Source of the DNA: Nemertoderma westbladi
Taxonomy: Eukaryota; Animalia; Xenacoelomorpha
Length of the DNA stretch: 64,000 nucleotides
Direction: 5' to 3'
NCBI GenBank assembly: GCA_032718475.1
Contig: JAUCBJ010006747.1
Location: 1,663 to 65,662, forward strand
Positions within the stretch are counted from its first letter, which is position 1; each line of letters starts with the position of its first letter. This document shows positions 37,186 through 48,956 of the stretch, piece by piece. The notes under the pieces were generated by a model that saw only the letters and a list, made by a program, of their open reading frames with translations, made no database searches and was not told the origin of the DNA. Both the position numbers and the translations under genes were made by a program.

Positions 37186-39337
37186 CACTAGCGTAGCGAG
37201 GGTAGGGTCCCAGGGTCCCGGGACCCTACCGTGGAGATTCCAACTTACATCGTCAAGTTCCGTTAAATTAAAAAAATTATAATGACAAGTGCAATAAACC
37301 GAATATTAGAAAATATTCGAAGTTGAAGTTGCTTTGGAAAGGAGCCCGACCCCAGACCAGATACAATCCACATTATCCCAGGCAGGTTGCCAAAGAAAAT
37401 AAGTAGTAGAAAGGAGACCATATACCCCATCAAAGTGTTGTAGCCAGGCCTCCAGCCACACTACCAATAATTCCCTCAGGCACCCCCCCTCCCCCCCCCC
37501 CCCCCCCCCGCCCCCATGATAAGGCATCATAATATCATACAATGTTCTTAGAAAGCCAGCTTATTACTTAGGCCTATATTATATAATCTCTCAACCAGTT
37601 TAATAGTCTGTAATGTAAAGCAATGAAATGGAGCCCAATTGACCACTGCAGGGGGGCGCCCACTGGCTCCTGCCTTGGTTTCTGTGCTTTGATTAGACGA
37701 CGTCGCTGTGCCTTGCCTGTCAAGCAGGGTTCAATATATACCAATGAAAGATAGCATAAATAAGATAGGCACTCTGACTCTGATGTAATATAATGAATTA
37801 TGTAATTTTTTCTGGGCACACTGACCAACGTGATTGGATATTGCGTAGCTTGTCTTGCCGAGTCACAACTAAATAACCTGTGGGTGGCTATGTATTTTAA
37901 TTCAATATTATTATTAATACCATGAAAATTACTTTGAAATGTAATTAATTAGAACATTAATTTTTTTTAACAAAAAAACGTTTTTTTTTTTACTTTCAAT
38001 AAATCAAAAAAGTGTATTTAATAATGTACCGGTACCATAATTAGTTCAATTTCAAAATGTGGCAGTTTATAAAATAATATACCATGGTGTGGGGTGGGGG
38101 ATTGTTTCACGAAGCGACATTTAACTAAATGGAAATCGCCGATTTGTAAATAAGGTATTTAAAAAACGGAAGCACATTTAAATTTTACGTCCCTTAATTT
38201 AAATGACATGAATTGAAATTTGCCTACTGTCATTTTGCAATACTTTTATGTTATCAATACATGTTGTTATGATTCCATGGTAGTAGGGCCTATAGTACTA
38301 GTTTTTAAGAATAAGTTAACTGTTCTTAATAGAAATATTATTAAATTTACTGAAAAGCCATGACAGCATGACGACCAGACCAGTTGCTATGCCGTATAAC
38401 TATTATTATGTTAATGAGTTTAAATGACACATCATTACGTAAATGATTTAAAGCTAAATGACAGGGGGATAAATGACACGCGAATAGCAGTTTCTTGAAA
38501 CATAAAAACTTTCTGTTATAATTAAAGTATTATTTTTAATCTTTCCAATTAAGCCAAATTAAATGACCGTATGTAAAACAGTCCCCTCAGTTTAATTATA
38601 ATATTAATTTAATTTATTAATTCAATTTCATTTGTAATTTCAGTAACTTACTTTATAACTATGATTTTATCATATTAATTCTTAATAGCGGATTTTCTAA
38701 ATTACTCATCTTTACTGGGGGGGGGGGGGGGGGGGGGGGGGCTTTACTGGGGGAATGAACATGTACTGGTGCGCATTACTCAGAATGAGTAGTATACCGA
38801 CTACTGTACTACAGGCTACAGGTTGGGTGCAACCTTCGCCCGAGTACAACCTTCGCCCGCGCCAATTTCGCCCGTCCACACTTCACCCCGGGGAAAACCT
38901 TCGCCCGCAAGGCAATCTTCCACCGCGAACAACCTTCGCCCAATAAGATTTGTGTTAGTAACCATTTTAGTTACCAATTAAGGGAAAGGAGCAGGTTACA
39001 GAGACGGCTTCTTCTAACCAAAACAATAAACGATGTTGTTACCAATTTAAGGTAAGGAGCAGGTTACAGAAACGGCTTTTTCTAACCAAAACAATAATTG
39101 TTTAGTTGGCGATGGTTGCTCGCGGAGAAGATTGTCTGCGGGCGAAGTTTGCTGCGTACCCTACTAAACATTACACATCACGTGTGGCGGGCATTTTGTT
39201 AAAATTCCAAACAATCACACCTGGACTACGCTGGGGGGGGGGGGGGGGCTCTTCCCCCACACCCACAACTACTATAAATATGAATTACAATTTGGGGTCT
39301 GGGACCCTACCGTAGGAAATTCCTGGCTACGCGGCTG
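37186..39337. mobile_element. hAT-like non-autonomous DNA transposon in pPolB, with nested MITEs
   Basis: 8-bp TSD AGGTCGTG (37178-37185 and 39338-39345). Imperfect TIR CACTAGCGTAGC / GCTACGCGGCTG and subterminal GGTAGGGTCCCAG / CTGGGACCCTACC. Confidence 0.88.
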
Positions 39338-39943
39338 AGGTCGTGGACATAAATTTCAAGACGATTATCGTGAGCTTCTTGTTCCCGCGTAAAAATTGTT
39401 GCGCATGTACCAAGAGCCACCCTTAATTTTTTTCTAGATAATATATTTTTATGTTGCGGAAATTTACGCTTTCTTGTGTAGTAACATTTCAAGTGACAAT
39501 CGTGTCGTAAATAATTCTCATATGTATACTCTTTATTACAGGTAGAACAAGTCAATTGATAGGTACGGAACTCCATTTCTTTACAACCAGTAGTTGATTC
39601 ATGTCGTTTACAAATTTCGCTGCATGAAGTCACGACGTGACACTTAAAACAAGAATAACCTTCAAAATGTGACCGTAGGTGGCGTAAATAATTATGTCTA
39701 GTTACATTCATATGACAGAATGAACAACATATTGTTATTTTATCCATGCTGAAGTTTGTTTAGATAAATAATAATAATAATAATAATAAAATATCTCCAA
39801 AGATTAAAATAAAATGAAATGAAATGATATTGACTATATCTAAACATTTATATGCTAGCGAGTGAAATAATTTTAAACCAATCACCAAACACCAATCACC
39901 TATGGGTATTGGAAACCTCAAAGAGTTTAACTTATGATCAGGT

Positions 39944-41008
39944 TTACATGTTAGGATAATAATCTGGTTTCCATGGAGAATTAGTAACTAGATCTACTGG
40001 AGCTGGGTTAACAGCAACTTTCTGTTTCTTTGCAGGTGATGCGTTGGTAAATTTACTCGATGATCTTGGCTTCCGAGGTAATATTTCAGGAAAGACCTGT
40101 TGCGGTTGAGAGCAACTCTCTTCAACATCCGGATTAGGTGATGGGATCTCTACGAATGCTTTAGGTTTATCCAAAAGGACAAAACCATCTACATTGGCTT
40201 CAATAAGAGAAACGCCATCCATAGCCTCTTTGAGAAAACTAATATGGGCTTTATCATTCAAGTAATGCAACTCAATAGAATTTCCACCTGCTCCTACTTC
40301 AGTAGAATTATCGGTGTTGGTGATAATAATTTTTTTATTATTGGTTTTAATCATTTTGAGACGGTCTGATAATTGAATGATATTTTTATCAAAAAGATGC
40401 TTGTCTGGTTCATCAATTTGAGTGTCCCACTCTCGCAACAAAACGGTTAGTTCCTGATTTGACAAATTGAAACCCGTATAATAGTTAAAACCAACACTAT
40501 CAGCGTATCTGACGCTGATTTTCCATAAGCCAACATAGTTGGTTCCTTTAAAAGCTGTTACAAATCCAATAAACTCTGGATTTGATAATTCAATGTAGAA
40601 TTGATCGCTAATAATCTCTAGCGGTGGAGAGAGAAATTGCAATAATTTCCCTCTGTATTGAATTAGAACTTCAGTAAAAGCTTTGTTGAGGACTTTACAT
40701 TTGCCTTGTTTCTGAACGTAAACATCACCCGATGTGGGGTTGATAGAAATATTCAAATTTCCCCGCGCAAAACGAAGAGCGGCATATATCCTACCTGGTA
40801 TAATTGCTGGTCTGGATTGATGTTGGTTGTTGGTTGTTGTTTCTAGAATGTCTAGCAAATAGCGGGTATCTTGATGGGAAAAACAAATTGATTCGTTGTC
40901 CTCCTGAGATTCCACAATAAAATACTTGCTGTGAACGACGGTACAAGTATATTTATTGTAAGTAAATTTCCAGCTATTTGTTGCTCCGGTTTTTTGCGTT
41001 AAGGCCAT
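39944..41008 (-). CDS. Maverick protein with PC4-like ssDNA-binding motif
   Basis: Intact 354-aa ORF upstream of pPolB. FVTAFKGTNYVGLWK...TGFNLSNQELTVLL resembles the PC4 consensus (V..FKG..YV.IR...GISL..EQ...L). NLS-like PAKKQKV near the C-terminus. Confidence 0.6.
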   Translation of the reverse strand: MALTQKTGATNSWKFTYNKYTCTVVHSKYFIVESQEDNESICFSHQDTRYLLDILETTTNNQHQSRPAIIPGRIYAALRFARGNLNISINPTSGDVYVQKQGKCKVLNKAFTEVLIQYRGKLLQFLSPPLEIISDQFYIELSNPEFIGFVTAFKGTNYVGLWKISVRYADSVGFNYYTGFNLSNQELTVLLREWDTQIDEPDKHLFDKNIIQLSDRLKMIKTNNKKIIITNTDNSTEVGAGGNSIELHYLNDKAHISFLKEAMDGVSLIEANVDGFVLLDKPKAFVEIPSPNPDVEESCSQPQQVFPEILPRKPRSSSKFTNASPAKKQKVAVNPAPVDLVTNSPWKPDYYPNM

Positions 41009-41072
41009 AATAATAATAATAAATACGAAAAATATTACAAGTGATAAATTTTAAACCGTATCGCTGTAATAA

Positions 41073-41358
41073 ATTGACACCATAGTTCTCACTCTAAAAT
41101 TGTGATGGTCGGAAAACGACACCTAGAGAAAAATGATGCTGAGTTCGACATTAGGTATCGATCAAAAAACAAAAATCTGAGCAAGACACATAGCTCAGAT
41201 TTTCGTTTTTTGATCGATACCCAATGCTGGAATCAGTATCATTTTATGAGGTGTCGTTTTCCGACCAACGAATATACAACGAGTAAGATAATGTAGAAAT
41301 TATTAAGGAAATAACAACAATTTCAGAGTGAGAACAAAAAATTAGATATGGTATCAAT
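41073..41358. mobile_element. Small palindromic MITE-like element
   Basis: TGGTCGGAAAACGACACCT (41106) and AGGTGTCGTTTTCCGACCA (ending 41267) form a perfect inverted repeat. Flanking inverted pair TTCTCACTCTAAAATTGT / ACAATTTCAGAGTGAGAA. Confidence 0.65.
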
Positions 41359-41675
41359 ATATTACCATGAAGATTACAAGTGATGAATTTTAACAAAAAC
41401 ATTCAGTTATATATAAATTTTTGAATACGTGTGGATGTGGCATAATCAACGTAGAAGAGATGGGATGTGGCATAATCGACGAATAAGAAAAGAGATGGGT
41501 TGCAATGTGGATGAATGGTTGCGTGGATAGGAAATACGTGAAAGAATATGAATCATTGGGTTGTGCGTAATAATAATCAATAATTATAATAAAAACGCAC
41601 AGTATAATGTTAGTAGTAGCCTTTCAATATGGCACAGATGCTGAGGGATCGGTTAGGATGAGTAACTACTATGGA

Positions 41676-42125
41676 AATGCTCGTATACGCGTAGTTGACG
41701 CGTGGCGGAATTTCATGTATCATACTGGCTGGTTGGTTGGTTTGTTGGTTTGGCGACAGCAGTCGTTGAGTTGGCAATCGATATAATATAATATATAATA
41801 TCGAGGGAGGGTATATGCATGATGCGTGTAGATGGCCACGTCGTCACCATATACAGTATACAGTGGTGGTAACGTGGCTGGTGGTGGTGGTAACGTGGCG
41901 AAAAGGTGAATAACATTAGGGTTAGTAGTTAGTCAGTAGTCGAGTAAGGCGGGCATCGCGAGGTTAGGCTACGCTACGATTGGTTGATGGCAACTGCCGA
42001 TGGTGACATATGGCGCGCACCGCAATTTAGCACCGGAATTTGGCATTTTTAATAGCCCTCCGAATGGAATGCCCATAGCCCAAGCTAGGGAGGACTATGA
42101 GGGGGACACTGCTTCTCCTACTACT
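41676..42125 (-). repeat. Maverick right terminal inverted repeat
   Basis: Reverse complement of the left TIR. Ends ACTACT, followed by the TSD GACGAG. Confidence 0.95.
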
Positions 42126-43230
42126 GACGAGGGACTCACTTATTATATACAACGTATACGTGTATGAGACCGTGGGAACCCAACAGAAAGAACTTAGAGA
42201 GTGAGAGTCAAGGGGTTGAGTATCAGGGGAACATGGGGAGAAGGTGCTAGAGTTAAGGGAGAAAAGTAAAGGGTGTGAGGTCCGAGTATGGGGAGCGAGC
42301 GGAGAAGAGGATGAGTCCTAAGGGACTAGTGAGAGAGGAAGGGACAACAAAGTCCGAGAGATAAAATTGTGTGATGAGTGAGGGCGATCGTCTAAAACAG
42401 AGACGCTGGATGCCTTGGTACAGCTTAGCTCGCAGATGTACCAAGGATGGGTAGTGAAAATAGACCCATGGGGACCGGCCTGGAAAGCTGACCCCGAGAA
42501 GAAAACCTCCACCCCACATCCAATCTTAGATTAGATTCCAGCGGAATTGAAGCGCTCTTAAGGTTTATGCTATCTTCTCACCGGGAAGATAGCATGGGGG
42601 GGGGGGGGTGTAAGCGGATTCAATTCCCTGCACTACCCAGCGGAAAATGGGCGAAGTGGCATTTTACCAATTATAGTTTGGAAGGTGACATTACCAATAT
42701 TAATGTCACCTAATAACCAACTTAGGCGATACACATCGCCAGCCACAAAGAAAGATGAGAGGTCTTAAACCATCTCAGAGGGACAAAGGGGCTAGCAGGG
42801 CTAGCATGTGGGGATAGTGGCAGCAGGGAGTGGAGAGATAGACATTAATCGGGTTAGCCAATGATGGGAGGGGAAAACAGGTGATTGGAACGCATCTACT
42901 GGCCAGGCCACTCAATACAGTAGCTGTGATTAATATGTGTTAATAATATATAACCGTTGTACTTATGGATTATGATTCAGTTGGTTTCTATACAGTTGTG
43001 AGACCGGAACGGTTTTTAACCGTCGTCATTACCGTGCTATTATATTCTGACTGTGCTATTATTATGTAATGTGATTATAACAACTGACAGTAAAAACTCA
43101 GTTATTCCAACGGCCTTCGGCCTATTATATTTTATCCAGACCACAGCCTTTCAGCAGCCTACGGACGCGGCGACGCGTATATCACACACACTGGTCGGAG
43201 TTTAGCAACCAACTCCTAAATCCCGTCACA
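42126..43230 (+). mobile_element. Right part of the host BEL element, with polypurine tract and putative 3' LTR (42609-43230)
   Basis: Purine-rich sequence continues after the TSD. A G-run (42596-42608) is followed directly by TGTAAG..., and the segment ends ...GTCACA. No 5' LTR found to confirm. Confidence 0.5.
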
Positions 43231-44160
43231 TCCATTTAATTTTTTTTTTTAAGTTTTTAATTATTTTCTAATATTATTATTCGTAGAAATTAATGAAAAT
43301 ATAACCTGAAAAAAAAACACCAAAACGAAAAAACGTAAAAAAAAGAAGCTATTAATATTTAAATAAAATTTTTCTAAAAGACTCGGAATGTGCAGCAAAG
43401 GACTCTTTGACGCATGCAGCATTACCGACCTGGATACAAACCCCTAAACGTTGACGGAGGTGTTCAATCGATTTTTTGTTGCCAGATACCTTCTCTATAC
43501 GGTGCCCTAGCTCACGTAGGAATGTTATCGTAGAGGTACCAAGACCTCCAGTGATTCGACAGCTACAGGTTGAATTATATAATTACGTGAGAGTTCGCCG
43601 TATTCCATTTAACCGTAGTCCATTTAATTATATTTTTATATTTAATAATATCGGAAAAGTGCCCTTTCCAGCAAAGTAAATATTATAGTTACATTAGCAG
43701 CTAGAACAGTTAGGATTCACATTATCCCAGTGCCAATAATGTGCTTTAAAAAGTACCCCACACATTTCGAATCGGGCTTCAGATCAACCAATCCCCCCCC
43801 CCCCCGCCCTATTCCTACCTTAATATGCTCTGACTAAACCAATGGATATTTGTCATTATGTAAAAAATTTAAAAAGTACCCTTTTTTTTGAAAAAACGAA
43901 CCGCTCTTTTAAAATCCTGGCTACGGGACTGTAAAACATTCTCATAGTGTTGTTAGTGGGTGAAATATTAACTTACATCTGACGGTGCCTGAATTGTACT
44001 GTATTGAACAGCAAATAATGAGTGTTAGTCAGTCTGTATGGATATGTAATTTCGTACGTATATAAAATGTAAAATATAAACAAATTATTTTTTATAGATT
44101 ATATATGTAAAGATACATATAACAAAACAATATCATTTAACTAAAATGTTGGTTTTTGAT

Positions 44161-45132
44161 GAACCATTAACCTAAGTCGTGGAACCATTAACCCATGTCG
44201 TGGAACCATTAACCCATGCCATGGAACCATTAACCCATGTCGTGGAACCATTAACCCATGTCGTAGAACCATTAACCCATGTTGTGGAACCATTAACCCA
44301 TGTCGTAGAACCATTAACCCATGTCGTGGAACCATTAACCCACGTCGTGGAACCATTAACCCATGTCGTGGAACCATTAACCCATGTCGTGGAACCATTA
44401 ACCCATGTCGTGGAACCATTAACCCATGTCGTGGAACCATTAACCCATGTCGTGGAACCATTAACCCATGTCGTGGAACCATTAACCCATGTCGTGGAAC
44501 CATTAACCCATGTCGTGGAACCATTAACCCATGTCGTGGAACCATTAACCCATGTCGTGGAACCATTAACCCATGTCGTGGAACCATTAACCAATGTCGT
44601 GGAACCATTAACCCATGTCGTGGAACCATTAACCCATGTCGTGGAACCATTAACCAATGTCGTGGAACCATTAACCCATGTCGTGGAACCATTAACCCAT
44701 GTCGTGGAACCATTAACCCATGTCGTGGAACCATTAACCCATGTCGTGGAACCATTAACCAATGTCGTGGAACCATTAACCCATGTAGTGGAACCATTAA
44801 CCCATGTCGTGGAACCATTAACCAATGTCGTGGAACCATTAACCCATGTAGTGGAACCATTAACCCATGTCGTGGAACCATTAACCCATGTCGTGGAACC
44901 ATTAACCCATGTCGTGGAACCATTAACCCAATGTCGTGGAACCATTAACCCATGTCGTGGAACCATTAACCCACGTCGTGGTACCATTAACCCACGTCGT
45001 GGAACCATTAACCCATGTCGCGGAACCATTAACCAATGTCGTAGAACCATTAACCCATGTCGTGGAACCATTAACCCATGTCGTGGAACCATTAACCAAT
45101 GTCGTGGAACCATTAACCCATGTCGTGGAACC
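44161..45132. repeat. 21-bp minisatellite, about 46 copies
   Basis: Unit GTCGTGGAACCATTAACCCAT. Confidence 0.97.
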
Positions 45133-45730
45133 TTTGACTGTAATCGGTCCAATGATGAGGAACCACCACGCCACCACTGTCTGATTCGGTCCCTTTGTAA
45201 CTCATGTATTCTTTGACTCTAATAAAAAAACGCTTGATATATAATAATAACAATGATTACATTATTTACTTTGTATGTTCTCTGTGCCGTTATCGCGCAA
45301 GACCTTTGTTAAATATTAGCAATAAATTGCGCAGTTAAATAGGCCATTCTCCTATTCTGTCTAGACCTATATAATCGTGGTCTAGACACTTTATACTACT
45401 TTAAGTTCACTACTATCTCTGGTTCGCTGATAACTAAACAAATAAGTTCCTTAGTTATAAAGACACGCAAATTGTATTATTGATATACCAAACTGCACAA
45501 CTTGTAATATTTAATTTAAGATTATAATAACAATATATAATAGTATTCATTATTATAATATAATAACCATAACCATAACCAACCGAGCAGTTCAAATCTA
45601 TACATCGTAGAGTGTCGCGAATTTAGGTCTAATGGTAACCAATTCAGTTCCAATGTAAATTTTTTAAAGCGAACTTATTTCCAATCGAAGCGACCTTAAT
45701 TTCAATCCTCCTATATCAAAACGCGAAATT

Positions 45731-46654
45731 CGAATTTAGTTCCAATGCAAGCGAATTTAGTTCCAATGCATGCGAATTTAGTTCCAATGCATTCAAATTT
45801 TGTTCCAATGCATTAGAATCTAGTTACAATGCATGCGAATTTAGTTCCAATGCATGCGAATTTAGTTCCAATGCATTCGAATTTTGTTCCAATGCATGCA
45901 TTCGAGTTTAGTTCCAATGCATTCGAATTTAGTTCCAATGCATGCGAATTTAGTTCCAATGCATTCGAATTTTGTTCCAATGCGTTCGAATTTTGTTCCA
46001 ATGCATTAGAATCTAGTTCCAATGCATGCGAATTTAGTTCCAATGCATTCGAATTTTGTTCCAATGCATGCATTCGAGTTTAGTTCCAATGCATTCGAAT
46101 TTAGTTCCAATGCATGCGAATTTAGTTCCAATGCATTAGAATTTAGTTACAATGCATGCGAATTTGGTTCCAATGCATTATAATTTAGTTCCAATGCATG
46201 CGAATTTAGTTCCAATGCATTAGAATTTAGTTACAATGCATGCGAATTTAGTTCCAATGCATTCGAATTTAGTTCCAATGCATTATAATTTAGTTACAAT
46301 GCATGCGAATTTAGTTCCAATGCATGCGAATTTAGTTCCAATGCAAAAATTTAGTTCCAATGCATGCGAATTTAGTTCCAATGCATGCGAATTTAGTTCC
46401 AATGCAAAAATTTAGTTCCAATGCATGCGAATTTAGTTCCAATGCATGCGAATTTAGTTCCAATGCATGCGAATTTAGTTCCAATGCATTAGAATTTAGT
46501 TACAATGCATGCGAATTTAGTTCCAATGCATTAGAATTTAGTTCCAATGCATGCGAATTTAGTTCCAATGAATTCGAATTTAGTTCCAATGCATGATAAT
46601 GTAGTTCCAATGCATACGAATTTAGTTCCAATGGGTACGAACTTTGTTCCAATG
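45731..46654. repeat. 21-bp minisatellite, about 44 copies
   Basis: Unit GAATTTAGTTCCAATGCAT(G/T)C with interspersed variants. Confidence 0.95.
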
Positions 46655-48721
46655 TATTTAAGCCAATACAAAAAATTACATCTCAAAATGAATTCTTCAG
46701 ATAGAGCAAGTGAAATAAACATTTTAGTTTTGAAAATTAAACCGCAATTATCGAGGTATTGTACAAAGGTAGTCTGGCATAGTGAGTTAGTCGTCCTAAC
46801 ATTATGTTCTAAGGCAATGAGTGTGGAAACAAAATAATAAGGAAAGGCATTCACAACAAATAAGAAAAATCGAAAATAAAATTGCGTTTGCTTAAGTACT
46901 ATCCGAAGATATGCGGCCATGCTAATCCTGGCCTCCATACCGGGGTCGAACCCAATGCACCCAAGAGAAGTGAATGCAAGGTAAATGATTTAACCAATAA
47001 GAGGGGGGGTTATGAATTATCACAATCGCTAAATAAAAGTGAATATTATGCGTGTGGTATTAGAACACAATTCTTTAACGATGGCTTTAAAAGCATACAC
47101 TACAGGCTGTTACTGTAGAACTGCCAATATGCTCAAATTAACAATAAACACAACCTTGCAATGTGCACTTCTGTCTAATACTTAAACAAATTAACCTATC
47201 ATAATTACCTCGGCCGCTGGTACGGCAACAGTGATTATTCAGTTTAATTCGCTTCAGGTTATTATTTCCGTATATTACCTCTAGAACCTTGCAATAGTGT
47301 GAAGTATGTATAATACATATATTTATAACATGTATTTACATACATTATATACATATATTTATCTATTTATTTGTTTCCCCTTTTTTACTTAAACATTTTA
47401 ATATATCATTTTATTGCATTATTGTGAGATATAATAATGAATAATTTAATAAATAATAATACATATATTTATATTGAGATTAGTGATATATCCTAATTAT
47501 TTATTACCTTACCAGAACCCAAGGATTACTGACCACTAAATGGTACTGACCCACCCACTAATAGTGGCATTAGGAAGGGAATTCGGCTACAACATGGCTC
47601 GCCCCACTCTTTGAAACATTGGAACCCCCCCCCCCCCCCCCCATTCACATTCACATTTACTACTGTTCTATTGAAACCTCAGTCAGTGTTGGATTTAGAA
47701 GGATTCGTTTTTAGTCCCTAAAATATCTACTCGCTTCACTCGTTGCTGTGTAATGAAATTGATGAAATTGTAGTCGTTTTGTAGTCGCTTTGATGAAATT
47801 GTAGACAATAATGGTGAATAGAGATGTTTTTCTAGAAACGAAAATTGGGTACTTTGTGTTCTTTTACATAAAATATAGCCTATAATTTTCACCTAAAAAC
47901 AATTTAGCTTCTTCCTTCAAGAAACTATAGAGAATAACAGAGCGAAATTTTCTTAAAGAAAAGAACTGGCAAATACAAAGTAATAATTTAAAAATGCCGC
48001 CAAATTTTCAAGGTTGAATCCAAAAATAAATCGGATTTGATCATTTGATTCGCATAGAAATTAACTACAAACGTTTTTTGGGCAAAATCTTTCGAAATTC
48101 ATTTTTCTTTGTCTTTCTTTGTCTTTCTTTGTCTACGGTACCGGCTTAATTATTTATTTTCTACAAAATAACTTGTTTCTTAAATAATCTGCAAATTGGT
48201 CCCAAGAAGATATTAGGCAAAATGTAAAATGCAGATTTTCTCTTCGAATTAAACTGTTAACCCCATCCCTACCCTACTTGTTACTTCGTTCCTCACCCCC
48301 AGCCCTGATCAATATCAAGGAACAATCACACTAACTGCCCAATGAAGTGATTGTTGGCCATCTTAACCCTTTTTAAACTCTTTATTAAATTAGTTCATCT
48401 TTATTATAAATAAATGATATATATATATCTTATTTCTTTTATTCTATAAACTATAATTTGATTTTTGTATTCTTTGCCTTAGTGTGTATCTCATATATAG
48501 TAATAGTACACTAGAAACCTCAACCCATTGTGGTACAATAAAAGCCCTTATTTCATTTCGTTACTAAAGTTATAGAAAATAAGCCGATTAGCGAATATTC
48601 AGTACTTACGCTCTTAGTTAGAGCAACATATATTAGTTGTTGATGTACTAAAGTTTATTATTATAAACAACAATTAATTACATTGTACCGAAGCGTTAAA
48701 GAAGTATCTAACTCAAGAATA

Positions 48722-48956
48722 ATGGCGTTGAAAACATTGTATATATTTTGTTTCATCTTAATCTGCTTATCAAACTACGGCAGTTGCGACTCCCCCCACA
48801 ATAAAGTTGTGATGTACATCGGGATTGGTAGCGGCGTTGGGTTCATCCTACTTATCCTCAGCTGCGTTCTCTGTTGCTATTGTTGTAAATGTTGTTGTTG
48901 GGCAAGTAGAGGTTACGTCGGAGGTGGAATCAATCAGAGCGTCCAAATAGTTGCCC
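48722..48956 (+). CDS. Exon 1 of a Shisa-like single-pass membrane protein
   Basis: Signal-peptide-like MALKTLYIFCFILICLSNYGSC, TM helix IGIGSGVGFILLILSCVL, juxtamembrane CCYCCKCCC. GTAAGT donor at 48957 (phase 1). Confidence 0.8.

Larger units (their letters stand above)
31298..39747 (-). pseudogene. Protein-primed DNA polymerase B with N-terminal zinc fingers, split by two insertions
   Basis: YFDIEC, HNSSNYDIH, FLDTYQFL, RKGVFPYEY, DFNSLY, KLLNNSLFGK, SDTDS, RAKGI. C-terminus ALSSFDDK..PWGH after a frameshift. Segments 39747-39338, 37177-36663 and 34445-31298 join in frame. Confidence 0.95.
18064..42125. mobile_element. Full-length Maverick/Polinton (polintovirus), about 24 kb, degenerate
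   Basis: Starts AGTAGTAGGAGAAGCAG and ends CTGCTTCTCCTACTACT. GACGAG TSD at 18058-18063 and 42126-42131. Encodes pPolB, integrase, ATPase, protease, major capsid and two minor capsids. Confidence 0.97.

Noticed and set aside
44141-45216. Heptapeptide-repeat ORFs (MVPRHGL, VNGSTTW, VVEPLTH)
   Set aside because: Translation of a 21-bp minisatellite. No unique flanking coding sequence or splice context.
5783-46654. CRISPR-like interpretation of the regular repeats
   Set aside because: All arrays are head-to-tail with no unique spacers. No cas genes, and the context is eukaryotic.
3558-47643. Scattered poly-C/poly-G runs as regulatory G-quadruplex elements
   Set aside because: They mostly lie within TE fragments and show no consistent positioning. 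Homopolymer lengths are also unreliable.
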